Shown here one piece after another: positions 46,670-56,161 of a DNA stretch of 64,000 bases (position 1 is its first letter; each line of letters begins with the position of its first letter). Below the pieces are notes generated by a model. It was not told the DNA's origin. It did no database searches and was given only the letters and a program-made list of their open reading frames with translations. Location of the stretch: assembly GCA_963716255.1 (NCBI GenBank), contig OY970303.1:5152001-5216000 (forward strand), read 5' to 3'. Source of the DNA: an uncultured Gemmatimonadales bacterium. GTDB taxonomy: Bacteria; Gemmatimonadota; Gemmatimonadetes; Longimicrobiales; Longimicrobiaceae. A program made the translations under genes and the position numbers.

Positions 46670-47707
46670 GTGCGACCCCTCTATCCCTTCTCCGCCATCG
46701 TCGGGCAGGACGAGATGAAGCAGGCGCTGCTGATCGCCGCCGTAGATCCGGGCGTCGGCGGCGTGCTGGTGTTCGGCGACCGGGGGACGGGAAAGTCGAC
46801 GGCGGTGCGCGCCATGCCCGCGCTGCTCCCGCCGATGCGGGTGGTGGAGGGCTGCCGCTACGGCTGCGATCCGCTGGCCAACGGCGCCCGCTGCGACGAG
46901 TGCCACGGCCGCGAAGCCGGCGGGGAGCGGATGAGCGCCCGTGCCGTGGCCGTGCCGGTGGTGGACCTGCCGCTGGGCGCGACGGAAGACCGGCTGCTGG
47001 GCGCGCTGGACCTGGAGCGGGCACTGACCCGCGGCGAGAAGGCGTTCGAGCCGGGGCTGCTGGCCCGCGCCCACCGCGGTTTCCTGTACGTGGACGAGGT
47101 CAACCTGCTGGAGGACCACCTGGTGGACCTGCTGCTGGACGTGGCGGCCTCGGGGGAGAACGTGGTGGAGCGCGAGGGGATCAGCGCGCGCCACCCCGCG
47201 CGCTTCGTGCTGGTGGGGAGCGGCAACCCGGAGGAGGGGGAGCTGCGCCCGCAGCTGCTGGACCGCTTCGGGCTGTCGGTGGAGGTGAGGACCCCCACGG
47301 ACGTGCGCGAGCGGGTGGAGGTGGTCCGCCGCCGCGACGCCTTCGACCGCGAGCCGGACGCCTTCATGGACCGCTGGAAGCGCGCGGACACCGGGGTGCG
47401 GCGGCGGATCACCCGGGCGCGCGAGGCGCTGCCGCGCGTGGAGGTGCGGGACGAGGTGCTGACGCGGGCCGCGGAGCTGTGCATCGCCCTGGGGACGGAC
47501 GGCCTGCGCGGCGAGCTGACGCTGCTGCGCGCCGCCCGCGCCGCCGCGGCGCTGGACGGGGACGCCGCGGTGGGCGCCGGGCACCTGCGCCGCGTGGCCC
47601 CCTCCGCGCTCCGCCACCGCCTGCGCCGCGACCCGCTGGACGAGACCGGCTCCACCGCCCGGGTGGAGCGCGCCGTCCTGGAAGTGCTCGGCCCTCCCGC
47701 CCCGTGA
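46670..47707 (+). CDS. bchI: magnesium chelatase subunit I
   Basis: YPFSAIVGQ, GDRGTGKST, LYVDEVNLL and GNPEEGELRPQLLDRFG; GTG start. Confidence 0.95.
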   Translation: MRPLYPFSAIVGQDEMKQALLIAAVDPGVGGVLVFGDRGTGKSTAVRAMPALLPPMRVVEGCRYGCDPLANGARCDECHGREAGGERMSARAVAVPVVDLPLGATEDRLLGALDLERALTRGEKAFEPGLLARAHRGFLYVDEVNLLEDHLVDLLLDVAASGENVVEREGISARHPARFVLVGSGNPEEGELRPQLLDRFGLSVEVRTPTDVRERVEVVRRRDAFDREPDAFMDRWKRADTGVRRRITRAREALPRVEVRDEVLTRAAELCIALGTDGLRGELTLLRAARAAAALDGDAAVGAGHLRRVAPSALRHRLRRDPLDETGSTARVERAVLEVLGPPAP

Positions 47708-49461
47708 TTCCGCTGCCTCCCCTCCCGGACCCGGCCGCCCTCGCGGCCCTGGCCGCCGCGCTGCTCGCCGTCGACCCGGCGGGGCTGGGCGGCGTCGCCC
47801 TGCGCGCGCGGGCGGGAGCGGAGCGCGACGGGTGGACGCGGGGGCTGCTCGCGATGCTGCCGGCGGGGACGCCCGTGCGCAGGGTGCCGCCGGGGACGGC
47901 GGAGGAACGGCTGGCGGGCGGGCTGGACCTGGCGGCCACGCTGGCCGCGGGGCGCCTGGTGGCGGAGCGCGGGGTGCTCGCGGCGGCGCACGGCGGGGTG
48001 GTGGTGGTCCCCTCGGCGGAGCGGCTGGAGGCGGGCGCGGCCGGGCTGCTGGGTGCCGTGCTGGACCGTGGTGAGTGCGCCGTGGAGCGCGAGGGGATCT
48101 CCCTGCGCGTGCCGGCGCGGCTCGCGGTGGTGGCGCTCGACGAGAGCGGGACGGACGAGGCCGGGCCGCCCGCCGCGCTGCTGGAGCGCCTGGCGCTGCA
48201 CGTCTCGCTCCCCGACGCCGGCCGCTCCTTCCCTCCGGACGCATTCTCGCCGGCGGGGGAGATCGAGGACGCGCGCCGGCGGCTCGCCTCCATCCACGCC
48301 GAGCCCGCCGCTGTCGAGGCCGTGTGCGCCGTGGCCGCCGCGCTGGGCATCGGCTCGCTGCGGGCGCCGCTCTTCGCGCTCCGCGCCGCCCGCGCGCTGG
48401 CCGCCCTTCGCGGGGACGCGGAGGCGGGCCCGGAGCACCTGGCGGTCGCCGCGGCGCTGGTGCTCGCCCCGCGCGCGACGACCCTCCCGGAGGCGGCGGA
48501 GGAGCCGCCCGCCGCTCCGCCTCCAGCCGACACCCCCGACCGCCCCACTCCGGAGGGCGAGGACGACCGGGAGCCGACCCGGGAGGAGCTGGAGGAGAGG
48601 GTGCTCCGGGCCGTGCGCGCGGCGCTCCCGCCGGGCGTGCTGGAGCGGCTGCGGGCTGGGCGCGCGGCGCGTGGAGGCGGCAGGGCGGGGGACCGGGCGC
48701 GCTCGCCCACGCACGGGCGGCGCATCGGCACACGGCCCGGGGACCCGCGGCGCCGCAGGCTGGACGTGCTGGCCACCGTGCGCGCGGCCGCGCCCTGGCA
48801 GCGCGCCCGCGGGCGCGGCGCGGTGGCGGAAACCGGGCGCCTGTGCGTGCTGCCGTCCGACTTTCGCGTCCGGGTGCTGGAGCGGAAGGCCGGGACGGTC
48901 GTGGTGTTCGTGGTGGACGCATCCGGCTCGGCGGCGGCGGGGAGGCTTGCGGAGGCGAAGGGCGCGGTGGAGCTGCTGCTGGCCGAGAGCTACGTGCGTC
49001 GCGACCGCGTGGCGCTCGTCGCCTTCCGGCGCGCGGCGGCGGAGCTGGTGCTCCCGCCCACGCGGTCGCTGGCCCGCGCGCGGCGGCTGCTGGCCGGCCT
49101 GCCCGGAGGCGGCGGGACGCCGCTGGCGAGCGCCGCGGACACCGCACTCGCGCTGGCGGAGACCGTGCGGCGCGGCGGATCGGCGCCGACCCTGTTGTTC
49201 CTCACGGACGCCCGCGCGAACGTGGCCCGCGACGGCTCGGGAGGCAGGGCCCGCGCCGAGGCGGACGCGCTGTCCGCGGCGCGCGCCGTCCGCGCGGCCG
49301 GCGTCGCCGCGCTGCTCGTGGACACGGCGCCGCGGCCGGGCCCGTTCGCCGCGCGCTTCGCCGCGGAGATGGGCGCGCGCTACCTGCCGCTCCCCGCCGC
49401 GGGCGCCCGCGAAGTGGGCGCGGCCGTGCGGGGCGCCGCGGCCGCGCTCGCGGCGGTGTGA
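47704..49461 (+). CDS. bchD: magnesium chelatase subunit D
   Basis: Degenerate AAA domain, Pro/acidic linker, vWA motif VVDASGS, SYVRRDRVAL and GGGTPLA. Confidence 0.92.
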   Translation: MIPLPPLPDPAALAALAAALLAVDPAGLGGVALRARAGAERDGWTRGLLAMLPAGTPVRRVPPGTAEERLAGGLDLAATLAAGRLVAERGVLAAAHGGVVVVPSAERLEAGAAGLLGAVLDRGECAVEREGISLRVPARLAVVALDESGTDEAGPPAALLERLALHVSLPDAGRSFPPDAFSPAGEIEDARRRLASIHAEPAAVEAVCAVAAALGIGSLRAPLFALRAARALAALRGDAEAGPEHLAVAAALVLAPRATTLPEAAEEPPAAPPPADTPDRPTPEGEDDREPTREELEERVLRAVRAALPPGVLERLRAGRAARGGGRAGDRARSPTHGRRIGTRPGDPRRRRLDVLATVRAAAPWQRARGRGAVAETGRLCVLPSDFRVRVLERKAGTVVVFVVDASGSAAAGRLAEAKGAVELLLAESYVRRDRVALVAFRRAAAELVLPPTRSLARARRLLAGLPGGGGTPLASAADTALALAETVRRGGSAPTLLFLTDARANVARDGSGGRARAEADALSAARAVRAAGVAALLVDTAPRPGPFAARFAAEMGARYLPLPAAGAREVGAAVRGAAAALAAV

Positions 49462-49462
49462 C

Positions 49463-50296
49463 GTGAGCGACGCCGCCCCCGCCGCCCGGCTCCCGGCCGC
49501 CGCCGCGCCCGCCGGGGTGCGCGGCTCGCCGCGGGCGGCGGTGGCGCTGGACCTGGCGCAGGCGTTCGGGATGACGCTGGCCTTCTGGTGGCTGGCGACG
49601 GGGCTGGTGATCGCCGCGCAGCGCGACCTGCCGACGCGCGTGCTGGCCGGGGTGGCGAGCGGCGCGCTGGCGCTGCTGGGGCTCGCGCTGCTGGCCCGGT
49701 CGCGGACGGACGCCACGCCCGCGGGGGCGCGGCGGGGGCTGGCGGGGGCGGGGCTGCTCTGGGCCTGGGTGGCGGTGTCGCTGTACGCGGGGTGGCTGGT
49801 GGGCCCGGTCCCGCGCGCCCCCGCCGCGCCGCCCCCCAACCTCGCCGCGGCGTGGGACGCCGTCCACGCGCTCCTCTGGCACGAGGCGGGGTCGCTGCTC
49901 GTGCTGGGGCTGGCATGGATGCTCACCCGCGCCGGGCCCAACCGCACGGGCTTCCACGCGCTCCTCGCGTTCTGGGGGACCACGCAGCTGGCCAAGCTCA
50001 ACGTCTTCGCCGGTGTCGCGAACCCGGGCGAGCGCTTCCTCCCGGAGTGGCTGCGGTTCGTGGAGTGGTACTTCGGCCCGCCGCGGAGCTCGCTGCTGCT
50101 GCCGCTCACGGTGGCGGCGCTCGCCTGCGCCGCCGCGTGGCTGACCCGCCGCGCCGCCCGCGCGGACGACCCGTTCGCCCGCTGGGCCGGCGCCGCGCCG
50201 GCGTGCCTGCTGGCGCTGGGCGCGGTGGAGCACGCCTTCCTGGCGGTTCGCTGGGACTCGCCGCTCTGGGACGTGTTCCTGCGGCTGCGGGGGTGA
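49463..50296 (+). CDS. puhE: putative photosynthetic complex assembly protein (PuhE/DUF3623)
   Basis: FWWLATGL, LLWHE, AKLNVFAGV.N..FLP and LGAVEH; membrane protein within the cluster. Confidence 0.75.
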   Translation: MSDAAPAARLPAAAAPAGVRGSPRAAVALDLAQAFGMTLAFWWLATGLVIAAQRDLPTRVLAGVASGALALLGLALLARSRTDATPAGARRGLAGAGLLWAWVAVSLYAGWLVGPVPRAPAAPPPNLAAAWDAVHALLWHEAGSLLVLGLAWMLTRAGPNRTGFHALLAFWGTTQLAKLNVFAGVANPGERFLPEWLRFVEWYFGPPRSSLLLPLTVAALACAAAWLTRRAARADDPFARWAGAAPACLLALGAVEHAFLAVRWDSPLWDVFLRLRG

Positions 50297-50325
50297 CGGC
50301 ATCGGGGGACCCGAAGACGCCAGCG

Positions 50326-50366
50326 CGAAGCCGGACCCCGGCGCAGCCGGGGGCACGCCCGAACCC
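50326..50366 (+). repeat. intergenic REP-like repeat, copy 2
   Basis: CGAAGCCGGACCCCGGCGCAGCCGGGGGCACGCCCGAACCC. Confidence 0.75.
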
Positions 50367-50412
50367 ATCAGCAGCAGGTGCAGTTCGTCGTACAGCCAAT
50401 CCCGGAGACCTC

Positions 50413-51249
50413 ATGGATCGCTGGAGAAGAGCCGCATGGGCGTTCACGGCGCTGCACGCCGCGCTGATTGCCGGGAGCATCGCCGCGTTCCGCTTCATCG
50501 TGAACCGGCCGGTGCCGGCGTGGGCGGAGCCGGATCTCTGGGCCTGGGCGTACCGCACGGGCATGGCGTGGACCGGGCCGATGTACATCGTCACCGGCTT
50601 CCTGGCGGCGCTCGCGGGGTGGGTGGCGGTCGTCGGCGTGCGGCGCGGCCTCGTGTCGGCGGGCGTGGTGGTGGGGCTGGCGCTGGGGGCGGAGGTGCTG
50701 GGCGTGGGGACCGGATTCCCCTTCGGGAGCTACGGCTACGGGACCACGCTCGGGCCGCGGGTGGCGGGGATGGTGCCGGTGGTGATTCCGCTGAGCTGGT
50801 TCCTGATGCTCTTCGCTTCGTTCGCGGTGGCGGCGCGCTGCGGGCTGGGCGCGGCGGGGACGTGCGCGACCGCGGCGCTGGGGCTGGTCGCCTGGGACGT
50901 GCTGATGGACCCGGCGATGAGCGCGGCCTTCCCCTTCTGGTCGTGGCACCAGGGCGGCGAGTACTACGGGATGCCGCTGGTGAACTGGGCCGGGTGGATG
51001 CTCACCGGGCTGGTGCTCGCCACCGCGGCCGTGGCGACGGCGGGCCCCGGGCTGCGGGACGTGGAGGCGGAGCGATTGCCGCTGGTGCTGTACGGGCTGA
51101 ACGGGCTGTTCCCGCTGGCGCTGGCGCTGGAGAGCGGGATGTACGGCGCGGCGCTGATCGGCGGGGCGGCGATGCTGGCCTTCGGGGCGGCGCCCGCGCT
51201 GCGCGGGGCGCTTCCCCGGCGCGTGGCGTCGCTGGCGCGGCAGCCGTGA
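50413..51249 (+). CDS. CruF-like (DUF422) carotenoid 1,2-hydratase
   Basis: E.LGV.TGFPFG.Y.Y...LG, VP..IPLSWF, WDVLMDPAM and GMPLVNWAGW. Confidence 0.78.
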   Translation: MDRWRRAAWAFTALHAALIAGSIAAFRFIVNRPVPAWAEPDLWAWAYRTGMAWTGPMYIVTGFLAALAGWVAVVGVRRGLVSAGVVVGLALGAEVLGVGTGFPFGSYGYGTTLGPRVAGMVPVVIPLSWFLMLFASFAVAARCGLGAAGTCATAALGLVAWDVLMDPAMSAAFPFWSWHQGGEYYGMPLVNWAGWMLTGLVLATAAVATAGPGLRDVEAERLPLVLYGLNGLFPLALALESGMYGAALIGGAAMLAFGAAPALRGALPRRVASLARQP

Positions 51250-51256
51250 GCGCGCG

Positions 51257-52486
51257 ATGAAGGCCGCTGCCGCGCCCGCCCTGGCCCCGCCTCCCGTCCC
51301 ACCGCAGGCCGCCGGCGCCTTCGGGACGGGCGCCGGCCCGGGGATCGCCCGCGCCGCCGGGGAGGCGCGCGCCTCGCTGGCGGACCGGGTGCTCGCCTGG
51401 CGAGACGGGCTGCTCGCCTCGCCGCGCTTCCAGCGCTGGGCGGCGTCGTTCCCGCTGACGCGCCCGGTGGCGCTGCGCCGCTCGCGGCGCCTCTTCGACC
51501 TGTGCGCGGGCTTCGTGTACTCGCAGGCGCTGCTCGCCTGCCACCGCCTGGGGCTGCTGGACGTGCTGGCGGAGGGGCCGTGCACGCCCGCGGGGCTTGC
51601 GGAGCGGCTGGGGCTGAAGGCGGACGCGCTGGACCGGCTGCTCGGCGCGGCGCTGGCGCTGGATCTGGTGGAGCGCAGGCCGGGCGGGCGGATCGGGCTC
51701 GGGCCGCTGGGCGCGCCGCTGGTGGGAAACGGCGCGGTGGGGGCCATGCTGGAGCACAACGCGCTCCTCTACGACGACCTGCGCGACCCCGTCGCGCTGC
51801 TCCGCGGCGGGGCGGACACGCGGCTCGCGCGCTTCTGGCCGTACGCCGCAGCGACCGGTGAGTCGGCCCCGGCGCCGGGCGATGCGGGAGGAGCCGCGGC
51901 GTACAGCGCGCTGATGGCGGCGTCGCAGCCGCTGGTGGCGGCGGAGGTGCTGGACGCGTACGACGTGTCACGGCACCGGCGGCTCCTGGACGTGGGCGGC
52001 GGCGAGGGCGCCTTCCTCAAGGCGGCCGCGGCGCGCGCGCCGGAGCTGCGGCTGGCGCTCTTCGAGCTGCCGTCGGTGGCGGAGCGTGCGCGGGACTCGC
52101 TGCGCGCCGTGGGGCTCGCGGCGCGCGCCGAGGTGCACGCGGGCGACTTCCGCCGCGACCCGCTCCCCGGCGGCGCGGACCTGGCGACGCTGGTGCGCGT
52201 GCTCCACGACCACCCGGACGACGTCGTCCTGGCCGTGCTGCGGGCGGTGCACCGGGCGCTGGAGCCGGGGGGGATGCTGCTGGTCGCCGAGCCGATGGCG
52301 GGGGTGCGCGGCGCCGAAAGGGTGGGCGCAGCGTACTTCGCGTTCTACCTGCTCGCGATGGGGAGCGGGCGGGCGCGTACTCCCGATGAGTACCGCGGCC
52401 TCCTCCTCGCGGCCGGGTTCCGCGAGGCGCGCCCGGTCCGGCCGCGGCTGCCCGTGCAGACGGCGCTGGTGATGGCACGCAAGTAG
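51257..52486 (+). CDS. crtF: hydroxyneurosporene O-methyltransferase
   Basis: FQRWAASFPLTRPVA..LFDLCAGFVYSQ, LLDVGGGEG, LVRVLHDH and LLAMGSGRART. Confidence 0.92.
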   Translation: MKAAAAPALAPPPVPPQAAGAFGTGAGPGIARAAGEARASLADRVLAWRDGLLASPRFQRWAASFPLTRPVALRRSRRLFDLCAGFVYSQALLACHRLGLLDVLAEGPCTPAGLAERLGLKADALDRLLGAALALDLVERRPGGRIGLGPLGAPLVGNGAVGAMLEHNALLYDDLRDPVALLRGGADTRLARFWPYAAATGESAPAPGDAGGAAAYSALMAASQPLVAAEVLDAYDVSRHRRLLDVGGGEGAFLKAAAARAPELRLALFELPSVAERARDSLRAVGLAARAEVHAGDFRRDPLPGGADLATLVRVLHDHPDDVVLAVLRAVHRALEPGGMLLVAEPMAGVRGAERVGAAYFAFYLLAMGSGRARTPDEYRGLLLAAGFREARPVRPRLPVQTALVMARK

Positions 52487-52500
52487 CCTCCATGGGACTG

Positions 52501-52544
52501 TGTACACGGAGAAGTACACATAAGAGTGTAAATTAACATTGACA
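52501..52544. promoter_or_regulatory. tandem PpsR/CrtJ boxes upstream of bchC
   Basis: TGTACACGGAGAAGTACA (52501-52518) and TGTAAATTAACATTGACA (52527-52544), both exact TGT-N12-ACA, 8 bp apart. Confidence 0.88.
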
Positions 52545-52606
52545 GATGAAATCGTAACGCGCATCATACACCGGGACCGCTCCTCACCTCTCGTGGACTG
52601 ACCCTT

Positions 52607-53548
52607 TTGGACACACTGGCCGTCGTGCTGGACCGACCGGAGCAGCTGTCGCTGCGATCCCTCCGCCTGGATCCTCCAGGGGAGGCGGACGTGGTGGTGC
52701 GCACCGAGTGGAGCGGGATCAGCACGGGGACGGAGCGCCTGCTCTGGTCCGGGCGGATGCCCCACTTCCCCGGGATGGGCTACCCGCTGGTGCCGGGCTA
52801 CGAAACGGTGGGCACGGTGGAGGCGGCGGGGCGCGCGTCGGGACGGCGGGTGGGCGAGCGGGTGTTCGTCCCGGGGGCGCGCTGCTTCGGCGACACGCGG
52901 GGGCTCTTCGGCGGGGCGGCCGCCGTGCTGGTGGCGCCTGGCGCGCGGACGACGCCGGTGGAGCCGGGGCTGGCCGAGCGCGCCACGCTGCTGGCGCTGG
53001 CCGCCACCGCCCACCACGCGGCCTGGGGGAGCGGGGGCGCGGCACCGGACCTGGTCGTCGGGCACGGGGCGCTGGGACGGCTCCTGGCCCGGCTGGCGGC
53101 GGCGCTCGGCGACCCTCCGCCGACGGTGTGGGAGACGGATCCCGCCCGCCGCGGGGGGGCCGAGGGCTATGATGTGGTGGATCCGGCCGCCGACCCGCGC
53201 CGCGACTACCGCGAGGTGGTGGACTGCTCCGGCGACGCGTCGCTGCTGGACGAGCTGGTGGGGCGCACCGCCCGCGGGGGGGAGGTGGTGCTGGCCGGCT
53301 TCTACACCGGCGCCGTCGCCTTTTCGTTCGTTCCCGCTTTCCTGCGCGAAACCCGCCTGCGCGTGGCCGCGGAGTGGCAGCCCGCCGACCTGGCCGCCGT
53401 GGCGCGGCTGGCGGGCGAGGGGCGCCTGCCGCTGGACGGCGTCATCACCCACCGCGAGCGCCCGGCGGAAGCCGCGCGGGCCTACCGCACCGCCTTCGGC
53501 GATCCCGCCTGCGTCAAGATGATCCTCGACTGGAGCGACGCCGCATGA
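52607..53548 (+). CDS. bchC: bacteriochlorophyllide a dehydrogenase
   Basis: SGISTGTERLLWSGRMPHFPGMGYPLVPGYE and KMILDW. Confidence 0.95.
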   Translation: MDTLAVVLDRPEQLSLRSLRLDPPGEADVVVRTEWSGISTGTERLLWSGRMPHFPGMGYPLVPGYETVGTVEAAGRASGRRVGERVFVPGARCFGDTRGLFGGAAAVLVAPGARTTPVEPGLAERATLLALAATAHHAAWGSGGAAPDLVVGHGALGRLLARLAAALGDPPPTVWETDPARRGGAEGYDVVDPAADPRRDYREVVDCSGDASLLDELVGRTARGGEVVLAGFYTGAVAFSFVPAFLRETRLRVAAEWQPADLAAVARLAGEGRLPLDGVITHRERPAEAARAYRTAFGDPACVKMILDWSDAA

Positions 53549-54567
53549 TCCTGCCCCTCGCCGCCGACCACCCGCCCACGCTGGCCGTGGACGAGGCCCG
53601 CCGCCTCCTGCGCGAGGAGGCCGCCCACGAGCCCGAGCCCGTCCACACCGCGGAGCCCACGCGCGGGACCCAGGTCATCGCCATCTACGGCAAGGGGGGG
53701 ATCGGCAAGAGCTTCACGCTCGCCAACCTGTCGTACATGATGGCCCAGCAGGGGAAGCGGGTGCTGCTCATCGGCTGCGATCCCAAGAGCGATACCACCT
53801 CGCTCCTCTTCGGCGGGCGGAGCTGCCCCACCATCATCGAGACCTCCTCGCGCAAGAAGCTCGCGGGCGACGAGACGGAGATCGGCGACGTGTGCTTCGT
53901 GCGCGACGGGGTGTTCGCCATGGAGCTGGGCGGCCCCGAGGTGGGGCGAGGCTGTGGAGGGCGGGGGATCATCCACGGCTTCGAGCTGCTGGAGAAGCTG
54001 GGCTTCCACGAGTGGGGCTTCGACTACGTGCTCCTGGACTTCCTGGGCGACGTGGTGTGCGGCGGCTTCGGGCTTCCCATCGCCCGGGACATGTGCCAGA
54101 AGGTGATCGTGGTGGGCTCCAACGACCTCCAGTCGCTGTACGTCGCCAACAACGTGTGCTCCGCGGTGGAGTACTTCCGCAGGATGGGCGGCAGCGTGGG
54201 CGTGGCGGGGATGGTGATCAACAAGGACGACGGCACCGGCGAGGCGCACGCCTTCGCCGCTGCGGCCGGGATCCCGGTGCTGGCCGCCATCCCCGCGCAC
54301 GAGGACATCCGCCGCAAGAGCGCCAACTACGAGATCGTCGGCGTCCCCGGCGGGCGCTGGGCCTCCATGTTCGAGGAGCTGGCGACGCAGGTGGCGGAGG
54401 CACCGCCGGTGCGCCCCACGCCGCTTGCGCACGAGGCGCTGCTGGGGCTGTTCGCGGGCGACGCGGTGGGGCGCGGCGTGGTGCTGGTCCCCGCCACCCA
54501 GGCGGACATGCGCGGCGGGGCGCACGTGGAGCGTCCCTCGCTGGAAGTCGTCTACGAGGCGGTGTGA
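53545..54567 (+). CDS. bchX: chlorophyllide a reductase iron protein X
   Basis: IYGKGGIGKSFTLANLS, GGPEVGRGCGGRG and GDVVCGGFGLPIARD. Confidence 0.96.
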   Translation: MILPLAADHPPTLAVDEARRLLREEAAHEPEPVHTAEPTRGTQVIAIYGKGGIGKSFTLANLSYMMAQQGKRVLLIGCDPKSDTTSLLFGGRSCPTIIETSSRKKLAGDETEIGDVCFVRDGVFAMELGGPEVGRGCGGRGIIHGFELLEKLGFHEWGFDYVLLDFLGDVVCGGFGLPIARDMCQKVIVVGSNDLQSLYVANNVCSAVEYFRRMGGSVGVAGMVINKDDGTGEAHAFAAAAGIPVLAAIPAHEDIRRKSANYEIVGVPGGRWASMFEELATQVAEAPPVRPTPLAHEALLGLFAGDAVGRGVVLVPATQADMRGGAHVERPSLEVVYEAV

Positions 54568-54571
54568 GGCG

Positions 54572-56161
54572 ATGAGCGCGCCCCTCCCGACCCGCGACCC
54601 GCTCCTTGCCCTCCCCGTCCTCGCCCGGCAGGCCGGCGGCGGAGAGTGCGGCTCCGGCGCGTGCGGGTGCCACGGCGGCGGGGCCACGCTGGAGGCCGCC
54701 GCCGCGGTGGCGGGGGAGGGCGGTGCCCTGTCGCGCCTGCTGGCGGACTACCCGCGCGGGCCCCACGACCGGCCGCAGTCCATGTGCCCCGCCTTCGGCT
54801 CGCTGCGCGTGGGGCTGCGCATGCGCCGCACGGCCACGGTGCTCTCCGGCTCGGCGTGCTGCGTGTACGGTCTCACCTTCACCTCGCACTTCTACGGGGC
54901 GCGGCGCACGGTGGGCTACGTCCCTTTCAGCTCCGAGACGCTGGTGACCGGGCAGCTCTTCGAAGACATCCGCCGGGCAATGTTCGACCTGGCGGACCCG
55001 GAGCGGCTGGACGCCATCGTCATGACCAACCTGTGCATCCCCACCGCGTCCGGGGTGCCGCTGGACCTGCTCCCGCGCGAGATCCGGGGGGTGCGCATCA
55101 TCGGCATCGACGTCCCCGGCTTCGGGGTGCCGACCCACGCCGAGGCGAAGGACGTCCTGGGCGGCGCCATGCTGCGCCGCGCCCGCGAGGAGGCCGCGCA
55201 GGGCCCGGTGGCGCGGGCCCGGAGCGCCGTGACCGACCGCCCCACGGTGACGCTGATCGGCGAGCTGTTCCCGGCCGACCCGATGGGCGTGGGCGCCCTG
55301 CTGGCGCCCATGGGGCTGGCGGCGGGCCCCACGACGCCCTGCCGCGAGTGGCGCGAGCTGTACGCTGCGCTGGACTGTGCCGTCGCTGCGGCGGTGCACC
55401 CGTTCTACGTGGCCTCGGTGCGCGAGATGCGCGCGGCCGGGCGGCCGGTGGTGGGCTCCGCGCCGGTGGGGGTGGAGGGCACCGCGGCCTGGCTGGAGGC
55501 GGTCGGACGCGCGGCGGGCGTGCCGGAGAGCGCGATCGACGCCGCCAGGGCGGCGGCGCTCCCCGCCGTGGCCGCCGCGCTGGAGCGCAACCCGGTCCGC
55601 GGGCGCATCACCGTGTCCGGCTACGAGGGCTCCGAGCTGCTGGTGGCGCGGCTGCTGGTGGAGGCGGGCGCCGAGGTGCCCTACGTGGGCACCGCCTGCC
55701 CGCGCACGGAGTGGAGCGACCCGGACCGCGAGTGGCTGGAGGCGCGCGGCTGCCACGTGCAGTACCGCGCCTCGCTGGAGCAGGACCTGGCCGCCGTGCG
55801 CGGGGCGCGCCCGGACCTGGCCATCGGCACCACGCCCGTGGTGCAGAAGGCGAAGGAGGAGGGGATTCCCGCGCTCTACTTCACCAACCTGATCTCCGCG
55901 CGCCCCCTCTTCGGCCCGGCGGGCGCCGGCGGCTTCGCGCAGACGGTGGCCAGGGCCGTGGGCGGGCGCGAGCGGCTGGGCCGCATGCGGGCCTTCTTCG
56001 CGGGAGTGGGCTCCGGCGACTCCGCCGGCTATGGGCACGAGGGCGTGCCCCGGCCGCGTCCCAGGGCCGCCGAGCGCAACGCTGCGGCGCGCGGGGGCAC
56101 CGCGGTCACCGGGGCCGGAAAGCGGCGCGGTGTGGGCTCCACCGGCGAGGAGGTGGGCTGA
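54572..56161 (+). CDS. bchY: chlorophyllide a reductase subunit Y
   Basis: [34 protein letters not shown] and [11 protein letters not shown]. Confidence 0.95.
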   Translation: MSAPLPTRDPLLALPVLARQAGGGECGSGACGCHGGGATLEAAAAVAGEGGALSRLLADYPRGPHDRPQSMCPAFGSLRVGLRMRRTATVLSGSACCVYGLTFTSHFYGARRTVGYVPFSSETLVTGQLFEDIRRAMFDLADPERLDAIVMTNLCIPTASGVPLDLLPREIRGVRIIGIDVPGFGVPTHAEAKDVLGGAMLRRAREEAAQGPVARARSAVTDRPTVTLIGELFPADPMGVGALLAPMGLAAGPTTPCREWRELYAALDCAVAAAVHPFYVASVREMRAAGRPVVGSAPVGVEGTAAWLEAVGRAAGVPESAIDAARAAALPAVAAALERNPVRGRITVSGYEGSELLVARLLVEAGAEVPYVGTACPRTEWSDPDREWLEARGCHVQYRASLEQDLAAVRGARPDLAIGTTPVVQKAKEEGIPALYFTNLISARPLFGPAGAGGFAQTVARAVGGRERLGRMRAFFAGVGSGDSAGYGHEGVPRPRPRAAERNAAARGGTAVTGAGKRRGVGSTGEEVG

